From assembly GCA_963706575.1 (NCBI GenBank), contig CAVPNL010000004.1:160001-224000 (forward strand): DNA of 64,000 nucleotides. Direction: 5' to 3'. The DNA comes from an uncultured delta proteobacterium (lineage in GTDB: Bacteria > Desulfobacterota > Desulfobacteria > Desulfobacterales > JAHEIW01). This document shows, piece after piece, positions 1-8,481 of this stretch; within the stretch, counting starts at the first letter, position 1, and every line of letters begins with the position of its first letter. Below the pieces are notes generated by a model. That model saw only the letters and a list, made by a program, of their open reading frames with translations. It was not told the DNA's origin and ran no database searches. Position numbers and translations under genes: made by a program.

Positions 1-1293
1 TTTCAAGTCGTAACACTGGCTGATCTTCTGCCCTTTTGGCGCCTCTTTGATTTTATCCTCGTATTTGGGCAGAATCTTCTTGACCAGGACATTGGCATCC
101 TTGCGGGTCATGCCCGAAAGCGCGGCGGCGTGGGCGGCTTCGGCGGCGATACGGCCTTCCATGCCGGTGCAGCGCTCCGGATACATGTTGCGCGCCGATG
201 CTGCCGGCGACAATGCCGCCCCGGAAACCGCGGCGCTAACGCCATGGTTAATCAACTCATAACAGGCGAAATCGGTACAGGGTCCGGCAGCGATAAACGT
301 ATTGGCAAAATGCAGCATGTGGGTGTTGCGGGCCATGGCCTGATGACACATGGCGGTCAGCCATAGCATGGCCCGGGTGGTATTGCAGGTTTCATGGATG
401 TCAATCGGGAAAAAGTTGGTATATTCAGTCATGAAGGCTATACGGCCTAAAAAGAGATGGGCAACCATGTTGATGGCACTGCCTTCCGGCCCCCCGGCAT
501 ATCCGCCCATCAGCGGGCCCATCAACCCCCCCAACGGGTAGGTGGCACGCAGCAGAAAGGCAACTTTTTTCATACGATCGTAATCCACCTTCATCTCGGC
601 AATGGCGCCCATTAGCATGCCGTCGCGGTCAAGGGCCCCGAATTCCGGCCGCGCCGCTGCGATCATGGCATCGGCCTTTTCAGCGGCCGAGACCTGGGTG
701 TACATGCCCTTGCCCGGGTGCCCCACACGAACAGCCGCCTCGCGGCGTTTGCCCACGTCCCAGATGGCTGCCTCCACTTCCGCGGGCGAGCCGGAACGCA
801 CTTCTATGCCACCCAGGGTATGCAGGATGGAGCCACCCGAAAAACAGTCCGCCAGGTCTTCTTTGGCCGTACTCATGGCCGCTTGCAGGAAAATCTCTTC
901 GGGATAGGGGGTCCCCACCAGGGTGAAGTTGCAAAACGGCGGACGCGAGTCTTCCACCTTGCGGGGATACTGTGTGCGTTGATCCCGGCCTTCGCCCCAG
1001 GTAATCTGATCGGTTGATGCATTCAAGGCCACTTCCAATTCATCACGCGTACATTTGATGATGCGTTCGGTATCGGTGCAATAGATCCCCACGGTCAGGA
1101 AATATTCGATGGCGGCCTCAAAAAGACGGTCCACCATGGCATCGTCGGAGGGAATGACTTCCTCGGGGTTAAATTTCAGGTCATATTTTTCAACCATTTT
1201 TTTGGATGTTCGCACCACGCGCATGTCAAAATCACGCTCTTTTACCAGTTCACCGGTCTCGCTTCGGCGCACGATTTCCCAGAAATCTATCAT
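1..1293 (-). CDS. Monomethylamine:corrinoid methyltransferase (MtmB) family protein without pyrrolysine; 3' end runs off the window
   Basis: Not in the ORF track because it is open to the window edge. Manual translation from ATG 1293 (RBS AAGGAG) gives MIDFWEIVRRSETGELVKERDFDMRVV...IYCTDTERII...GHPGKGMYTQ...GGYAGGPEG...AGPCTD...TGMEGR, all MtmB-like. No in-frame stop. Adjacent to a corrinoid protein. Confidence 0.85.
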   Translation of the reverse strand, partial: MIDFWEIVRRSETGELVKERDFDMRVVRTSKKMVEKYDLKFNPEEVIPSDDAMVDRLFEAAIEYFLTVGIYCTDTERIIKCTRDELEVALNASTDQITWGEGRDQRTQYPRKVEDSRPPFCNFTLVGTPYPEEIFLQAAMSTAKEDLADCFSGGSILHTLGGIEVRSGSPAEVEAAIWDVGKRREAAVRVGHPGKGMYTQVSAAEKADAMIAAARPEFGALDRDGMLMGAIAEMKVDYDRMKKVAFLLRATYPLGGLMGPLMGGYAGGPEGSAINMVAHLFLGRIAFMTEYTNFFPIDIHETCNTTRAMLWLTAMCHQAMARNTHMLHFANTFIAAGPCTDFACYELINHGVSAAVSGAALSPAASARNMYPERCTGMEGRIAAEAAHAAALSGMTRKDANVLVKKILPKYEDKIKEAPKGQKISQCYDLK

Positions 1294-1349
1294 TGTTATC
1301 GCTCCTTTTTCCCATTGATCAGGATTTTGGGTTCAAGGTTTAAGTCACA

Positions 1350-1991
1350 CTATTCTACCAGCCGGTCGGCCTCGGCAATGGCTTCACTCGTCGTGCGACC
1401 GTATCCATCCGATCCGATCTCCTCTGCCCAGGACCGCACCACCGGCGCGCCCCCCACCATCACTTTGAACTGGTCGCGGATACCCCGTTCACCCAGCTGT
1501 TTAATCAGTTCAGGCATATAGATCATGGTCGTGGTCATCAGGGCCGATGCAGCGATGATATCGGCGTTTTCCTTCTGGGCGGTTTCGATGAATTGCCTCA
1601 CCGGCACATCCCGCCCCAGGTCGATCACCTCGTAGCCGGAGACCGACAAAAATAGTTTGATAATGTTCTTGCCGATGTCGTGTACGTCCCCCTGGATCAC
1701 CCCGATAACGACTTTGCCCTTGGTTTGCGTCTGCTCCTTGAGTTCTGCGATTTTGGGTTTCAACACCTCGACCGCAGCGTTCATGGCGTCTTCAGCCAGG
1801 AGCAGCTCGGTCAGAAAAACTTCCCCCTTTTCAAACTGGTCTCCTAAAACCGACATGCCCGGGCTGAAGCCCTTTTCTAACGCTTCCAGGGGACTCATGT
1901 CTTGATCCAGCGCAGATTGGGCCAGTGCGGTTGCTTTCTCGGGATCGCCGTCAATAATTGCCTCCTTCATCTGTTCTAAAAGCGCTGCCAT
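1350..1991 (-). CDS. Methyltransferase cognate corrinoid (B12-binding) protein, MtmC/MttC-like
   Basis: DVHDIG cobalamin motif, SALMTTT, VMVGGAPV. Start moved to MAALLEQ at 1991, which has an AAGGAG RBS. Confidence 0.92.
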   Translation of the reverse strand: MAALLEQMKEAIIDGDPEKATALAQSALDQDMSPLEALEKGFSPGMSVLGDQFEKGEVFLTELLLAEDAMNAAVEVLKPKIAELKEQTQTKGKVVIGVIQGDVHDIGKNIIKLFLSVSGYEVIDLGRDVPVRQFIETAQKENADIIAASALMTTTMIYMPELIKQLGERGIRDQFKVMVGGAPVVRSWAEEIGSDGYGRTTSEAIAEADRLVE

Positions 1992-2259
1992 AATGTTTTT
2001 CTCCTTTTTTGGGGTCCGATCCGTTGGTTGTGATCCGTTATCTTGGCTTGTCGGCCCGTATTTCTTTTGCGAGGGCCACCCGAACCAATTATCGTAACTT
2101 TTTATCATTTTTGATCATAGATCTATAACTATGTCAACCTTTTTTTGGGGTTTTTTAAAAAAATTAAAGGTCAGACTGTTATCTATCAGTCCGTTTCATT
2201 TGCGGATCTCCCAAACCCCTAAAGATCAAAAAGAACTTTTAAATTATTATGTTATATAC

Positions 2260-2288
2260 TTGACAATGGACCAAATCACATATATTAA
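2260..2288 (+). promoter_or_regulatory. Possible sigma70 promoter of the integrase-GntR gene
   Basis: TTGACA at 2260, 17-nt spacer, then TATTAA, in an AT-rich divergent intergenic region. Confidence 0.4.
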
Positions 2289-2424
2289 TTCCCATGACGG
2301 ACTGAAAGAAAGCAACTAAAACCGCAAAAATTAGACCGGAAATAAAAAATAAAGATTGCTTTTTTATCGTAACTAATATAATCGTAATCATTGCTAAATT
2401 CAAAATAGTTTTGATTCAATACCA

Positions 2425-3627
2425 ATGGGATCTGCTATGAAGCCGTATGCCGCATCACCACCTTTGGAATCAAAAAAAAGTCCCTCCATCAACCATGAAC
2501 AAATCGAGCGACTGCGCCGAAGTCTCGATGCCAAAGCGCGCGATTTGTTGTTGTTCGATCTGGCCACCCAGACCGGTATGCGCCTAAAAGATTTGTTGCG
2601 TTTGAAGGTGAGCGATATCCATAGATTATCCATTGGCAAAGCAATCCCGGCCACGCGTGCGCTAAACTATCTGGAACAACCCGCAATCCTCACCGAGACG
2701 CTGGATCGCACCATCAAAAAATACCTGGCGACGGATGGAAAACGGCCGGATGACTATCTGTTTCAATCTCGCAAAAGAGCACGGCCCCTAAATCTGCCCA
2801 GCGCCTCAAATATGATCAGCGGCTGGTTTCAAACAGCGGGAATCGATGGTTTTAGTGGTGCCCGGGGGCTCAACAAGATTTGGCGGCTGTACTATAAAGA
2901 TGCGGTCGAAAGAACCAAACAGAAGGCGGACAGAGATCCGATTGGTACCCTGGAGCCGATTAAAACAGCCACCCTGCAGGAAGTTGTCTACCAGCGGTTG
3001 TTAAAGGCCATTATTGCAGGCCGAATCCCGCCGGGTGAACAGCTCGTTCTCGGTAAGGTTGCCGCACAATTTAAAGTCAGCCCCATGCCGGTGCGCGAGG
3101 CCTTTAACCGGTTGGCTGAGGCGGGGGTTATCACCTTGCAGAAAAAGAAAAGTGCGCTAATCAACACCTTGTCCAAAGAGGATTTGATGGAAATTCAGCA
3201 GATTCGCATCAATCTGGAGACCATGGCAGTGGAGCAGGCCTGCCGATCGATGGACACACAGACTTTGGATGATTTGCAGGTGCTGCATCAGGCGTATCTC
3301 GAAGCGTTCCGCGTCTTCAGAGTGGAGGAGGTTCTGCGGCTCAATCGCCAGTTTCATTTCACGATCTATTCCGCCACCCGCATGCGGCGGCTAATGTACA
3401 TCATCAACGGCTTGTGGGATCAGATCAGTCCCTATTACCATATCCTTCTGCGAAAAAAGGAGCACCTCTATACGGAAAAGCACGCCGACACCCATGGCCA
3501 GCTGTTGGAGAGACTGAAACAGAAAGACATTGAAGGCAGTGTTCAGGCCCTGCGCGCCGATCTGCAAAACGCGGCGGAGTTAATCATCACCGAATTTGAA
3601 AAGCATCGCGAGTTCGAAATCATTTAA
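2425..3627 (+). CDS. GntR/FCD family transcriptional regulator with an N-terminal degenerate tyrosine recombinase domain
   Basis: N-terminus RDLLLFDLATQTGMRLKDLLRLKVSDI...DYLFQSRK resembles phage integrase box I. C-terminus LQEVVYQRLLKAIIAGRIPPGEQL...VSPMPVREAF is a GntR wHTH followed by an FCD domain (LNRQFHFTIY). Confidence 0.85.
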   Translation: MGSAMKPYAASPPLESKKSPSINHEQIERLRRSLDAKARDLLLFDLATQTGMRLKDLLRLKVSDIHRLSIGKAIPATRALNYLEQPAILTETLDRTIKKYLATDGKRPDDYLFQSRKRARPLNLPSASNMISGWFQTAGIDGFSGARGLNKIWRLYYKDAVERTKQKADRDPIGTLEPIKTATLQEVVYQRLLKAIIAGRIPPGEQLVLGKVAAQFKVSPMPVREAFNRLAEAGVITLQKKKSALINTLSKEDLMEIQQIRINLETMAVEQACRSMDTQTLDDLQVLHQAYLEAFRVFRVEEVLRLNRQFHFTIYSATRMRRLMYIINGLWDQISPYYHILLRKKEHLYTEKHADTHGQLLERLKQKDIEGSVQALRADLQNAAELIITEFEKHREFEII

Positions 3628-5212
3628 TTTCGCCGGTTTTCATATAATTGGTAATCCTGCCGGCTTTGTAAGCCTGATTGAAAGCCGCAACCACACCCGG
3701 ATCAAACTGGGTACCATCGCCCTCATTGATAATTTTAATAATGATGCCGTCCTCCATTTTTTTACGGTAGGCGCGGTCGGAGGCCATGGCGTCATAGACA
3801 TCGGCCACCGATAAAATGCGGGCCAAAAATGGAATATCCTGCTTCCTGATCCCATCGGGATAACCGCTGCCATCAAAACGTTCATGGTGAGAGCGAATAA
3901 TTTGCCTTTCTTTTTCCCACAAACCCAACTGCTCGAGAATGTTGGCCCCGATGACCGGATGATCCTTGATTTTTTCGAATTCATCGTCTGTCAATCTGCC
4001 GGGTTTGAGCAGAATGTCATCTCTGATGCCGATTTTGCCGATGTCATGCAGATGGCCGGCAAAATTGAGAATATCCAGCTCTTCTTTAGAGCATCCCAGT
4101 TGCTTTCCCAGTATGATGGACAGCCCGGTAACGCGACTGGAATGCTGCCGCGTATATAAGTCCCTGGCCTCCACTGCTTTTACGAATGCATAAAGGGTGG
4201 CAAATAGATTCTCATAGATATTTTCATAGAGGGCCAGGTTTTCAATGGCCTGGGCTGCGCTCTGGGCTAAAAAAGAAAGATAATAAAGATCTTTTTCGGC
4301 AAAGCGCTTTTGCCCTTGATCCACGATGGCTGTGATCACGCCGAAAACCTTATCCCGAATTTTTAAAGGCACAATCATGGCCGAGTTGATTTCAGCCGGC
4401 AAACCGTTGCTTGCGGTATGTTCAGAGATCAATAGCGGTATCTGATCCGAGACGACTTCCATTATCAGTGCGGCGCTTAAGGGCTCCAGGTCGGTGGTGG
4501 ACGGCGTCTGTGACTCCTCATAAGTGGTTTTCCAATTCTGGGATGCAGCCGGACCGACAGATTCAGCTGATGATGATGACACCTTGATCGGTTCCTCAAC
4601 CGTTTCATTAATTACATAAAAGTCGGTATAATCGGCGCGAGAGATGTCGCGGGCAATATCAACGGCCCGCTTGAACACGTCGGTGCTGGAACTGATGGCC
4701 GTAAATTTTTTCATTATGTTGTTGAGGATGTTCAGTTCTTTAACTTTGACCAGTAACTCCTGATTTACCTTCTGAAGACGCTGCTTGCCTTCAACCTCCT
4801 TTTTTAAAAGAACATTTTCCGCAAATATTTTGCGCTGCTGCATCACGCGCTGCACGCACAATTCCATCTGTTTCAAATTGACCGGCTTGATCAAAAAATC
4901 GACCACCCCGTTTTTAATGGTCTGGATGGCGTTTTCCAGTGAAGGATAACCGGTCATAATGATCACCGGCATGGTATTATCGTGGGTTCGAATTCTTTCG
5001 GCAAGTTCTATCCCGTTCATAACGGGCATATTGATATCGGTAAAACAGCAGTCTATGGTTTCGCCCGCCAGGAGTTTAAGCGCCTCAGGGCCTGTTCTGG
5101 CGGTCAGGGTCTGGTAACCCTTGCGCTGAAAGTACTCGGCGGAAACGCTTAAAATACTCTCTTCATCATCGACAAACAGGATGGTTTGTTTTTTTTCAAT
5201 ATCCATTGGCAA
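3620..5212 (-). CDS. Response regulator receiver + GAF + HD-GYP c-di-GMP phosphodiesterase
   Basis: ILFVDDE receiver domain; LHDIGKIG and HHERFDGSGYPDG. Confidence 0.92.
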   Translation of the reverse strand: MPMDIEKKQTILFVDDEESILSVSAEYFQRKGYQTLTARTGPEALKLLAGETIDCCFTDINMPVMNGIELAERIRTHDNTMPVIIMTGYPSLENAIQTIKNGVVDFLIKPVNLKQMELCVQRVMQQRKIFAENVLLKKEVEGKQRLQKVNQELLVKVKELNILNNIMKKFTAISSSTDVFKRAVDIARDISRADYTDFYVINETVEEPIKVSSSSAESVGPAASQNWKTTYEESQTPSTTDLEPLSAALIMEVVSDQIPLLISEHTASNGLPAEINSAMIVPLKIRDKVFGVITAIVDQGQKRFAEKDLYYLSFLAQSAAQAIENLALYENIYENLFATLYAFVKAVEARDLYTRQHSSRVTGLSIILGKQLGCSKEELDILNFAGHLHDIGKIGIRDDILLKPGRLTDDEFEKIKDHPVIGANILEQLGLWEKERQIIRSHHERFDGSGYPDGIRKQDIPFLARILSVADVYDAMASDRAYRKKMEDGIIIKIINEGDGTQFDPGVVAAFNQAYKAGRITNYMKTGEIK

Positions 5213-5421
5213 AAATCTAAAGCGTGCCTTTTAGTCCGGTTAAAATTTCAAAAGATAGCAGTCCCCTGACTGCCAAAGCCACTGAGTGTGATATCGACAT
5301 TTTGGGCAAAAACTTTAGCCACCGGCAGAAGCGAATTTGCCGATAGATATTGCCTTATTTTTAGATTCATGACAGAAGACGACTTTGAAAAAGCGCTTTA
5401 CGATAAAGCGACACTGATATA

Positions 5422-5506
5422 AACCACGAAGAGCACAAAGAGCACGAAGCGTTAAATTCAAAGAAAGCGCTTTAAACGTTTTAAAAACTTCGTGTCTTTC
5501 GTGGTG
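5422..5506. repeat. Intergenic inverted element made of 9-bp units (CACGAAGAG / CTTCGTG)
   Basis: aaccacgaagagcacaaagagcacgaag ... cttcgtgtctttcgtggt. Confidence 0.7.
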
Positions 5507-5555
5507 TTAATAAATGGTTTAAAAGAAGCACAAACATTACAATTCTGCTAAGAAT

Positions 5556-6806
5556 ATGCTTACAGACGCGTTAAAAAGGCCTCTGAGAATCTGCCTTTTA
5601 AGCTACCGGTGCAACCCGCATTGCGGCGGTCAGGGCGTGTATCTGAAAAATCTGAGTCGTGCCCTAAAGGATCTCGGGCATCGGGTAGAGGTGGTTGTCG
5701 GCCCACCGCAGCCGCAGCTTGATGATGACATCCCCTTTTATCAACTCCCATCTCTGGACCTTTACAACCCCGATGATCTGTTCAGGATGCCGTCTTTAAA
5801 AGAGCTTTCCCGGCCAATCAATCTAATCGAGTGGATCGGGGTTTCGACCATGGGATTCCCCGAGCCCTTTACCTTTGGACTGCGGACCCGCCGTTTCCTG
5901 CGAAACAGGCGCCAGCGATACGATATCGTCCACGACAACCAGGGATTGTCCTACGGCCTGCTCACCATAAAGAAATGGCTTCCCACCATTGCCACCATTC
6001 ACCATCCCATCACCGTCGATCGCAAAATCGCCGTCCGATCCGCTCCAACCATATGGAGAAAGATGCAACAATGGCGCTGGTATTCGTTTATCGGCATGCA
6101 AAAGCGCGTTTCCAGAATGCTTGACCATATTATTACGGTCTCCAAAACAGCCGGAAATGATATTTCCCACGATTTTAAGATTCCCCCGGGCCGATTCAGA
6201 ATCATACCCAACGGCGTTCGCACCGATCTGTTTTATCCGATTCCCGAAATTGCGCGGGAAAAAAACCGTCTGATCGTAACCAACAGCGCCGATATGCCCC
6301 TAAAAGGACTCTATTACCTGCTGCGGGCGGTTTCGAAAGTCGCTCAAACACACCCGATTCAACTCACCGTTGTGGGAATACCCCAAAAAAATGGGTACAG
6401 CCAGGAACTTATTCAAAAGCTGGGTATTGGAAACCGAATCACATTCACCGGTCGGATCGCCGACAAACAGTTCGTGCGCGAATACGCCAAGGCAACAGCG
6501 GCGGTTGTGCCGTCAGTGTATGAAGGATTTGGATTGCCCGTCGCCGAGGCCATGGCCTGCGCAGTGCCGGTCATCAGCACAACCGGCGGGGCCCTGCCCG
6601 AAGTTGTGGGTGACGCCGGTCTTCTGGTGCCGCCGGCCGATCACCGGGCTCTGGCAAACGCGATTTTAACGATCCTGGAACAACCGCAATTGGCTCAAAA
6701 ATTGGGCCGGGCAGGCTACCAAAGGGTTCATCAACATTTTACCTGGCTGAAAGCGGCCCAAAAGACCGTCGCGGTATATCGGGAGGCCATTCGTGATTAC
6801 CGTTGA
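5556..6806 (+). CDS. Glycosyltransferase family 4 (GT-B)
   Basis: GGQGVY at the N-terminus; PSVYEGFGLPVAEAMACAVPVI. Confidence 0.92.
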   Translation: MLTDALKRPLRICLLSYRCNPHCGGQGVYLKNLSRALKDLGHRVEVVVGPPQPQLDDDIPFYQLPSLDLYNPDDLFRMPSLKELSRPINLIEWIGVSTMGFPEPFTFGLRTRRFLRNRRQRYDIVHDNQGLSYGLLTIKKWLPTIATIHHPITVDRKIAVRSAPTIWRKMQQWRWYSFIGMQKRVSRMLDHIITVSKTAGNDISHDFKIPPGRFRIIPNGVRTDLFYPIPEIAREKNRLIVTNSADMPLKGLYYLLRAVSKVAQTHPIQLTVVGIPQKNGYSQELIQKLGIGNRITFTGRIADKQFVREYAKATAAVVPSVYEGFGLPVAEAMACAVPVISTTGGALPEVVGDAGLLVPPADHRALANAILTILEQPQLAQKLGRAGYQRVHQHFTWLKAAQKTVAVYREAIRDYR

Positions 6807-7503
6807 TTTCAAGCAGCTCCAAATCAACCCCGGTTGCCGCATACTGGACATCGGCTGTGGAACAGGACGCCACACTTCGGCGGCCTTTCAGTTTAAGAAA
6901 ATTACCGTTATCGGCGCCGATCACAATATAAATGACCTTTGCGAAGCCAGAAACCGGATTCAATTACATGAAAGACTGGGTGAACACGGCGGCGGGCGGT
7001 GGGGACTGGCCGCCGCCGATATCGCCGGCCTGCCGTTTAAAAACGATGTCTTCGATCTGGTTATTTGCTCCGAAGTACTTGAGCACGTTTCCCGGGATGA
7101 CATCGCTGTCAATGAGCTCGTCCGGGTTTTAAAGCCGGAACATAACCTGGTGGTCAGCGTTCCGCGTTACCTGCCGGAACGCATCTGCTGGGCGCTGTCC
7201 AAAGATTATAGGGCCGCAGATAACGGCCATGTCAGAATTTACCGCAAAAAAAAACTTATCCGGTATTTGGAAAGTCTCGGCCTAAAACGCTGGGCGGTGC
7301 GCTACGCCCATAGCCTGCACACCCCCTATTGGTGGCTGAAATGCCTGGTGGGGCCCGGCCGCGAAGACGCGGTAATGGTGAACCTTTACCATCGTTTTTT
7401 GTCCTGGGATATCATGAATAAACCGAAACTGACCGGTTGGATGGATAGATTGCTCAATCCGGTTCTGGGAAAAAGCCTGGTGGTTTATCTGAGAAAAGAA
7501 TAA
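6793..7503 (+). CDS. Class I SAM-dependent methyltransferase
   Basis: ILDIGCGTGRH and FDLVICSEVLEH; overlaps the end of the glycosyltransferase gene. Confidence 0.9.
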   Translation: MITVDFKQLQINPGCRILDIGCGTGRHTSAAFQFKKITVIGADHNINDLCEARNRIQLHERLGEHGGGRWGLAAADIAGLPFKNDVFDLVICSEVLEHVSRDDIAVNELVRVLKPEHNLVVSVPRYLPERICWALSKDYRAADNGHVRIYRKKKLIRYLESLGLKRWAVRYAHSLHTPYWWLKCLVGPGREDAVMVNLYHRFLSWDIMNKPKLTGWMDRLLNPVLGKSLVVYLRKE

Positions 7504-7575
7504 TGAGCTTGCCATCGAATTCGAATAACAATTAACCAATAACGAATAACACCTAATTGAGTGGATATCGCTCAA

Positions 7576-8193
7576 TTAGGTCCTCCGTTGAAGTACGCCC
7601 AGAGTTTTGATCATAGACAGGGGACCAAATTGTCCGGAAGAAAGCGCCAGATTATAAATTTGGCGGGGTGCCTGCCCGCCTTCCGCAGGGTCTTCAAAAA
7701 TATCGTGGATGAGAAGATATCCCCCCGGCTTAATATGCGGCGCCCAGCAGTCATAATCTGAAAAAGCCGCTTGAGCCGTGTGACCCCCATCGATAAACAC
7801 CAGGCTCAATGGTGTCGCCCACAGCCGGGCTGCTACATCCGAGCGGCTGACCATGGCCACAACCGTATCTTCAAGGCCGGCTTCTTCCAGCGTCTTGCGA
7901 AATTCGTGAAACGTATCCACCCGGCCGGTTTCAGGGTCAAAAAGCGCAGGATCAAAATAGGCCTGACCGGGTTGTTGTTCTTCAGACCCGCGATGATGAT
8001 CAATGGAAAACAGGATGCCATTGTTCGTTTTGCAGGCCATGCCGATATAGATCGTTGATTTGCCGCAATAGCTGCCGATCTCCAAACACGGGCCCGTCCG
8101 ACTGGCCTCAAGCGCAATTTCGTATAAACAGCGCCCTTCTTCTTCATCGAGGAAGCCTTTGGTGCTGCTGAGTAGCTCGGGGTCAATGTTCAT
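7576..8193 (-). CDS. Class I SAM-dependent methyltransferase (Methyltransf_24-like)
   Basis: LEIGSYCGKST, IDHHRGSEE, VFIDGGH, LLIHDIF; start placed at MNIDPELL. Confidence 0.88.
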   Translation of the reverse strand: MNIDPELLSSTKGFLDEEEGRCLYEIALEASRTGPCLEIGSYCGKSTIYIGMACKTNNGILFSIDHHRGSEEQQPGQAYFDPALFDPETGRVDTFHEFRKTLEEAGLEDTVVAMVSRSDVAARLWATPLSLVFIDGGHTAQAAFSDYDCWAPHIKPGGYLLIHDIFEDPAEGGQAPRQIYNLALSSGQFGPLSMIKTLGVLQRRT

Positions 8194-8293
8194 ACTGCGG
8201 TTCTCAGGTACGAGGACGGGTACGACCAGAAGCACCGAATTCGTTTGTCGTCCTCGGATTCTCTCCAATTCTTAATTTTCAGCTTGCTGAAGT

Positions 8294-8348
8294 GTAAGGC
8301 CGGCCTCCGTGCCGGCCAGGGCAAAGCAGCCACGGAGGGCTGCCCTAC
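8294..8348. repeat. GTAG-type REP/REPIN-like element (diverged copy)
   Basis: gtaaggccggcctccgtgccggcc ... gcagccacggagggctgccctac; related copies at 15579 and 52424. Confidence 0.7.
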
Positions 8349-8481
8349 TCTTGACAGGTGACTCCGACCATATTTTTCAGATTATTAAAGCACAAAAAGG
8401 CCGGTATCACTTAAAGGCAGATAGAATATCGAACATTGAACAAGGAATTTCGAATGATGAAGTAATCTAGCCGTATGGCCA

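Noticed and set aside
1350..1352. TAG stop of the corrinoid gene as a possible pyrrolysine read-through into mtmB
   Set aside because: The domain is complete at the TAG, read-through hits TAA before mtmB, and mtmB has its own RBS and start
2425..2900. Integrase marking a prophage or genomic island
   Set aside because: H-x-x-R and the catalytic Tyr region are missing, the domain is fused to GntR, and no att site, tRNA or phage genes are nearby
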